Shown: in pieces, positions 59,442 through 64,000 of the stretch | Numbering within the stretch: position 1 is the stretch's first letter | How the letters are laid out: every line of letters starts with the position of its first letter | Assembly: GCA_040752895.1 (NCBI GenBank) | Contig: JBFMHN010000002.1 | Coordinates: forward strand, 204,368 to 268,367 | From: Pseudomonadota bacterium | GTDB taxonomy: Bacteria > Pseudomonadota > Alphaproteobacteria > GCA-2746255 | Direction of reading: 5' to 3' | Length of the DNA stretch: 64,000 bases | Notes under the pieces: generated by a model | Told to the model about the DNA's origin: nothing | Seen by the model: the letters and a program-made list of their open reading frames with translations, nothing else | Databases searched by the model: none | Position numbers and translations under genes: made by a program

Positions 59442-60593
59442 ATGGCCGACCACTTTCGGATTGGTCGCGGACAAATCGCTATTGTAGACACCGTTACAGG
59501 CCGACGGCACGGCGGACATCAGGCCGACTACTTGAACGTGCTCGAGGATGCGCTCGGGGATAGCCTCGTAGAAACCTATGCCCCATTCCGAAATATAGAT
59601 GCGAAGGATGAAATTCCGGCGAAACTGGTTCGTCTTTACGCGATTATTCGCGGGATAAGAAAACTGATCGGCCACCGGGAAAAACGGATCTTAATTTATC
59701 ACACGCCCGAATTTCTCGATTTTGTGGCGTTTTATGCCGCTGCAGGCTTTAGCCGTATCCACTCGAAGGGGAAGGTCGCCGGCTTGTTTGTTTTTCGTCG
59801 CGATGCGGCGGGAATCATCGGCCGGTCCGGGTGGAAGGCGGCCGTTCTCGTGTGGATCGCCCGCCGCCTTGCGAAAAGCGGCCTCCTGTTCCCGGTCTCC
59901 GATTCGTCAGCGGCCCTCAAGATGTGGGAAAGAACGCTTGGGATATCGGGGCAATTGGTGGCGATTCCGGTCCGCCCGCGACCAGCAGAAAGCGCTGCAA
60001 AAAAACCGGAAGACCCGATAACCTTTGGGCTTATCGGGCAATTTCGTCCCGAAAAAGGAACGCCACATTACGGCGGCATCGTCGGCGCGGCGCTTTCGAC
60101 TTCGCCGGACGCAAAAATCATCCTGCAGCTACCCGACAACGCCCCGGATGCAACACCGCCCGAAGCCGAAATCCTGAGGGCTTCGTTGGCCGGTCAGGGC
60201 AGGGCGCGGCTAGTGGCGGGATACTTGCCGGACAACGAGTACACGCGGCTTCTGGCGGAAATCGATGTCCTGGTCCTGCCGTACGATGTGCGGAGTTATG
60301 GACTGGGGACCAGCGGGGTGATGTTCGAAATTCTCTCGATGAACGGGGTTGTGCTGACGACCCGATTCGAATGGGCCGTAAGCGAATTTGCGGACCATCC
60401 GAATGTCTTCTGGATGGAAACGCTTGAAGACGTCGAGATCAAACGCGGGCTCCGCGCGGCAGCCGAGAAAGTCCGCGAATTGCGCGCGCGGGATTCCGGC
60501 GATTCGCGCCCGGGGACGATCGCGTTCCAGGCATCTTGGCTTGAAGCGATTCAACGCGCGGCGGACCGTAAAAATACGCGGGCTCTAACTTGA
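59442..60593 (+). CDS. putative GT-B-fold glycosyltransferase (weak family signal)
   Basis: 383 aa. The C-terminal half resembles the GT1/GT4 donor-binding domain (ITFGLIGQFRPEKG...VLVLPY...GTSGVMFEILSMNGVVLTT). The N-terminal half is not recognised. Confidence 0.5.
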   Translation: MADHFRIGRGQIAIVDTVTGRRHGGHQADYLNVLEDALGDSLVETYAPFRNIDAKDEIPAKLVRLYAIIRGIRKLIGHREKRILIYHTPEFLDFVAFYAAAGFSRIHSKGKVAGLFVFRRDAAGIIGRSGWKAAVLVWIARRLAKSGLLFPVSDSSAALKMWERTLGISGQLVAIPVRPRPAESAAKKPEDPITFGLIGQFRPEKGTPHYGGIVGAALSTSPDAKIILQLPDNAPDATPPEAEILRASLAGQGRARLVAGYLPDNEYTRLLAEIDVLVLPYDVRSYGLGTSGVMFEILSMNGVVLTTRFEWAVSEFADHPNVFWMETLEDVEIKRGLRAAAEKVRELRARDSGDSRPGTIAFQASWLEAIQRAADRKNTRALT

Positions 60594-61730
60594 CAGCAGA
60601 AACCTGACAGCGCCGAGGACCTCCTCCACCGAAGTTTTTTCCATGCACCCCGGAGTCTGAGCGCAACCAGAGCTATAGTTACATGGCGTGCAATCCGTCG
60701 GGTGATATAGAACCATTGCCCGTTCGGTCACCGGCCCCCAGCGCTTGGGGTCCGTGGGGCCAAAAATCGCAACCACCGGCGTTCCGATTGCCGCCGCCAA
60801 ATGCATTGGCCCGCCGTCCACCGTAACGATCAGATCGGAATTTTGTATCACGACCGCGAGATCGGAACAGCTGGTTTGACCCGTAAGATCCTCAATCTCG
60901 ACGTTACATTCTTGCCTAAGGGCAATGGATTTTTCTTTGTCCCCCGGGGCGCCGGTTATAACAACACGCGCCGATAACGACGCGACTAGGCGCTCTATGA
61001 GGGCGCCCCAACGGTCAATCGGCCATTCCTTTTCGGGATATGCGCCAAAGGGGTGAACGAGAATTTTCGGCCCCTTCAAGGAAGCGCGCCACGTTCGAGC
61101 TAAGCCTTCCGTAGAAACTGCGGCCCTGTCCGAAAGCACAATGGCTGGGTCGTGTACGGGGCGAGGAATACCAAGCTGCACGAGCAAACACGCGAACTCG
61201 GAGTGAATATGTGAATCGCGCGGTTCGGGAACGCTATTCCGTGCCAGCCTCCGGGCCACCCGGTATGCCCCATAATCCACGAAGTAGTCAGGGCGCAACA
61301 AAACCGAGGCGACCAATAGAAAAAGGCTGGTATGCAGAGAGATAACGACGTCGAACTTCTTCCGGCGAAGCGCTTTAAACTGAGCGATCGAATGCCAAAA
61401 AGAACTTTTGCGCCCGGTACGCTTCGCCCAAGCGCTGCCAAAATATTCGAATGTCTCGTCCGCGGAATCAGAAATCCGAACGATCTCGGCATTCCACGGC
61501 CCGACTAAAATGGAAATCTCTGCGCTGGGGAATGTTTCACGGAGAGTCCGCAGTAAACCGAGCGATAGAATTACGTCGCCCATGTGGCCCATGTTGACCA
61601 ATAGAATCTTCTTCACCGAATGCGGGCGCTCGACCGCTTCGTGATTTCTCCGATACAGTACGGAAACAAAATACGCCACGAAGTGGCGTGGGTAAGAACG
61701 ATATGGGCTGGGGAAATACTTCGTGAGCAT
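60585..61730 (-). CDS. glycosyltransferase family 9 (heptosyltransferase-like)
   Basis: KKILLVNMGHMGDVILSLGLLRTL...KEWP...LIVTVDGGPMHLAAAIGTPVVAIFGPTDP. An alternative GTG start at 61616 (VKKILLV) fits the usual GT9 N-terminus better. G+C is visibly lower. Confidence 0.85.
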   Translation of the reverse strand: MLTKYFPSPYRSYPRHFVAYFVSVLYRRNHEAVERPHSVKKILLVNMGHMGDVILSLGLLRTLRETFPSAEISILVGPWNAEIVRISDSADETFEYFGSAWAKRTGRKSSFWHSIAQFKALRRKKFDVVISLHTSLFLLVASVLLRPDYFVDYGAYRVARRLARNSVPEPRDSHIHSEFACLLVQLGIPRPVHDPAIVLSDRAAVSTEGLARTWRASLKGPKILVHPFGAYPEKEWPIDRWGALIERLVASLSARVVITGAPGDKEKSIALRQECNVEIEDLTGQTSCSDLAVVIQNSDLIVTVDGGPMHLAAAIGTPVVAIFGPTDPKRWGPVTERAMVLYHPTDCTPCNYSSGCAQTPGCMEKTSVEEVLGAVRFLLSS

Positions 61731-61797
61731 GGCAGGTTATTCCAGCGGCCTTTGAAGAATGTAAGCAAACCGAAGCCGATTTAGCGAATAATATTCC

Positions 61798-63003
61798 ATG
61801 GCGCTCAAAAGCATTCTTCTCCACGATTACGGCGCCTATGCGTTTACGCTCGAACTCGCCCGTGCGCTTGCTCGCCGGGGCCATCGCGTCGCCTACGCCT
61901 ATAGCGGCGACCTTAGAGCGCCGAGCGGCCCCCTCGCGCCCCGGCCCGACGATCCTGCCGCCTTCTCCCTGCACCGGCTCGCCACCGGTGCGCCGCTTGC
62001 CAAATACGCCTATCTCCGCCGCCGCCGGCAAGAGCGGCGCTATGCCGCGCGTCTCGTAGCGCTTTTGGATGAAATCCGGCCCGACATCGTTCTTTCCGCC
62101 AATACGCCCTTGGAGGCGCTGCATGGCGTCCAAGGCGCGGCGGCGCGCATCAATGCGCGCTTCATCCATTGGCTGCAAGACATTCACTGGATCGCGATCC
62201 GGGGAGCGCTTCGAACCAGGCTGCCGCTTTTGGGCCGCGCGGTCGCGGTCTATTACCGCCGGGTCGAGCGCGGGATCCTCGGCGAAAGCGACCTCGTCAT
62301 CGCGATTGCCGACGAATTTCTGGCGGAATGCGAGGCGGCTGGCGTACGGCACGTCGTGGTGCATCCCAACTGGGCGCCGCTTGCGCCGGTGCCGCGTTTC
62401 GAGGGCGCCAATCCCTGGGCCGCGCGGCACGGCCTCATCGGCAAGACCTGCCTTCTCTATGCCGGCACCCTCGGCCTCAAGCACGACGCATCGCTCTTCC
62501 TCGACCTCGCCGACCGGTTCCGGGGTCGCGACGACGTGCGTGTTGTCGTTGTCTCCGAAGGGTCCGGGGCGGTGTTCCTGCGGGCCGAACAGGAAAAAGC
62601 GCCGCGCGCCAATCTCGTGCTGCTGCCCTTCCAGGGCGCCGCCGAGGTGCCCGCCATGCTTGACAGCGCCACCGTGCTTCTTGCCGTGCTCGAACCCGAT
62701 GCCGGGCTTTATTCGGTCCCGTCGAAAATCCTGACCTATGCGGCTTCCGGAAAACCCGTGGTCGCCGCCATGCCGCTCGCCAATCCCGCCGCCCGGCTGA
62801 TTGTCGATCACGGCTTGGGGATTGTGGTGGACGCCGGCGACCGCGGCGGGTTCTGCCGCGCCGCCGAAACGCTTGTCGCCGACGAAGCGCGGCGCGCGAA
62901 CTGTTCCAGGGCGGGGCGAGCCTATGCCGAAGAAAATTTCGATATCGCGGGCATATCGCTTCGATTCGAAGAGATATTCTCTCGTGTCGGGAACCCCGCT
63001 TAA
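61798..63003 (+). CDS. glycosyltransferase family 4 (WcaI/WbuB-like)
   Basis: 401 aa: ILLHDYGAYAFTLELARALARRGHRV...LLYAGTLGLKHD...SVPSKILTYAASGKPVV. Confidence 0.82.
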   Translation: MALKSILLHDYGAYAFTLELARALARRGHRVAYAYSGDLRAPSGPLAPRPDDPAAFSLHRLATGAPLAKYAYLRRRRQERRYAARLVALLDEIRPDIVLSANTPLEALHGVQGAAARINARFIHWLQDIHWIAIRGALRTRLPLLGRAVAVYYRRVERGILGESDLVIAIADEFLAECEAAGVRHVVVHPNWAPLAPVPRFEGANPWAARHGLIGKTCLLYAGTLGLKHDASLFLDLADRFRGRDDVRVVVVSEGSGAVFLRAEQEKAPRANLVLLPFQGAAEVPAMLDSATVLLAVLEPDAGLYSVPSKILTYAASGKPVVAAMPLANPAARLIVDHGLGIVVDAGDRGGFCRAAETLVADEARRANCSRAGRAYAEENFDIAGISLRFEEIFSRVGNPA

Positions 63004-63111
63004 GTTGTCCGTGCGTTTGAAGCGTTACTTGGAATTAGACGCGGCCTCCGTCCAGTGGACGCGACATCCGAGCAAACTTCTGTGCAACACAAGACCATCT
63101 TCGGACAGGAA

Positions 63112-64000
63112 CTATAGATGCGGGGCGGGTGTCGTGCGCTGCTCGCGCAGCAAAACGATGCTGATCCGCCGGTTGAGTGGCGACAACGGATCGCCGGCCA
63201 CCAGCGGTTCCTTGTCCGCCCGGCCGGTCATCGTCGCGATACGCGAAGGCGACAGGCCCGCCTCGACCATGGCGCGCCGGCTGGCGTTCGCCCGGTCGGT
63301 GGAAAGGTCCCAGTTGTCGTACCCGCCGGCGTTGACATAGGGCGTCGCGTCCGTGTGGCCGGTGATGGCGATCTTCTGCGGCATATTCCGAATTACCTCG
63401 GCGACCTTGTGCAGGAGCCGACGGGCCTTTTCGTCCATCTTGGAACTGCCGCGGGGAAACATTGCGTACTTCTCCCGATCGACGACCTGGATGCGCAGGC
63501 CTTCGGGCGTGCGCTCGATGAGAAGGTTCTGGGCGAGGTCCCGCAGGTCGTCCGCTTCCTGAATCGCCTGGCGGAGCTGGGTTTCGGCTTCCCGGAACTG
63601 GTTCTCCTCGATATCGGCAAGGACCTTTCTGGCCGTCTCCGTGTCCATGGACGGCTCGACCTCGAGCGGGGCCAAGGCCGCCTCGGCGGTTTCGCTTTCG
63701 CCCTCGGTCCCTTCCAGGCGCAGGCTCGGCTCGGGCACGGCCACGACGAGAGGCGCGCCCTGGTTGACGAGCGGGCCATCGACCGCCACCGTCTTGCCCC
63801 CGAAGAAGTTCTCCCCGCCGCTTACGTTGCGCATATGCGCGGGCACCACCGAAAAATAATCCGCGATGCCGCGCTTCTGGTCTTCCGTCGTCGCATTCAG
63901 CAGCCACAGAAGAAGAAAGAAAGCCATCATGGCGGTGACGAAATCGGCATAGGCCACCTTCCAGGCGCCACCGTGATGGCCGCCGTGATGGCCTTTCTTG
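63112..64000 (-). CDS. motB: flagellar motor stator protein MotB (OmpA-like), 5' end outside window
   Basis: The frame is open to the window edge (…KKGHHGGHHGGAWKVAYADFVTAMMAFFLLLWLLN). C-terminal OmpA-type peptidoglycan-binding domain (ITGHTDATPY...NWDLSTDRANASRR). Confidence 0.9.
   Translation of the reverse strand, partial: KKGHHGGHHGGAWKVAYADFVTAMMAFFLLLWLLNATTEDQKRGIADYFSVVPAHMRNVSGGENFFGGKTVAVDGPLVNQGAPLVVAVPEPSLRLEGTEGESETAEAALAPLEVEPSMDTETARKVLADIEENQFREAETQLRQAIQEADDLRDLAQNLLIERTPEGLRIQVVDREKYAMFPRGSSKMDEKARRLLHKVAEVIRNMPQKIAITGHTDATPYVNAGGYDNWDLSTDRANASRRAMVEAGLSPSRIATMTGRADKEPLVAGDPLSPLNRRISIVLLREQRTTPAPHL

Overview
High-GC chromosomal window. Gene content and synteny suggest an alphaproteobacterium, possibly Rhodospirillales-like (inference only). 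All start and stop refinements and repeat alignments were done by eye from the sequence and ORF track; nothing was computed or searched. (1) 1-28.7 kb is conserved housekeeping: sucD (5' partial)-sucA-sucB-lpdA, a small membrane protein, xerC, tal, priA and atpHAGDC. A ferritin-like diiron protein follows, then a long minus-strand run: rppH, YibQ-like deacetylase, ctpA, EnvC-like M23 protein, gpmI, rlmH, rsfS, nadD, proA, proB, obg, rpmA, rplU. tRNA-Ser(CGA) closes this part. (2) 28.8-33.0 kb is a small accessory block: PNPOx-family protein, DUF1348, AhpD/CMD-family protein, a LysR regulator and a decayed MscS-family channel gene (frameshift plus in-frame amber). (3) 33.3-63.0 kb is a ~30-kb compositionally mosaic surface-polysaccharide locus. 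It encodes a Wzc-like BY-kinase, a Wza-like exporter, an OM beta-barrel, a priming phosphoglycosyltransferase, a Wzx-like flippase and two Wzy/O-antigen-ligase-family proteins. It also encodes five glycosyltransferases (one GT9), an NDP-heptose-like sugar cassette with a C-methyltransferase, and six methyltransferases in total. (4) A 3'-partial motB lies at the right edge. The most interesting signal is a ~3.7-kb visibly lower-GC cassette at about 45.4-49.1 kb. It carries a small membrane peptide, a two-domain methyltransferase and a frameshifted polytopic alkaline-phosphatase-superfamily protein. It is bracketed by a 69-bp duplicate of the 5' end of the downstream epimerase gene, and the upstream copy carries a 21-nt micro-inversion between two palindromic GGCGCC sites. 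I saw no CRISPR array, transposase, phage integrase or recognisable defence genes.
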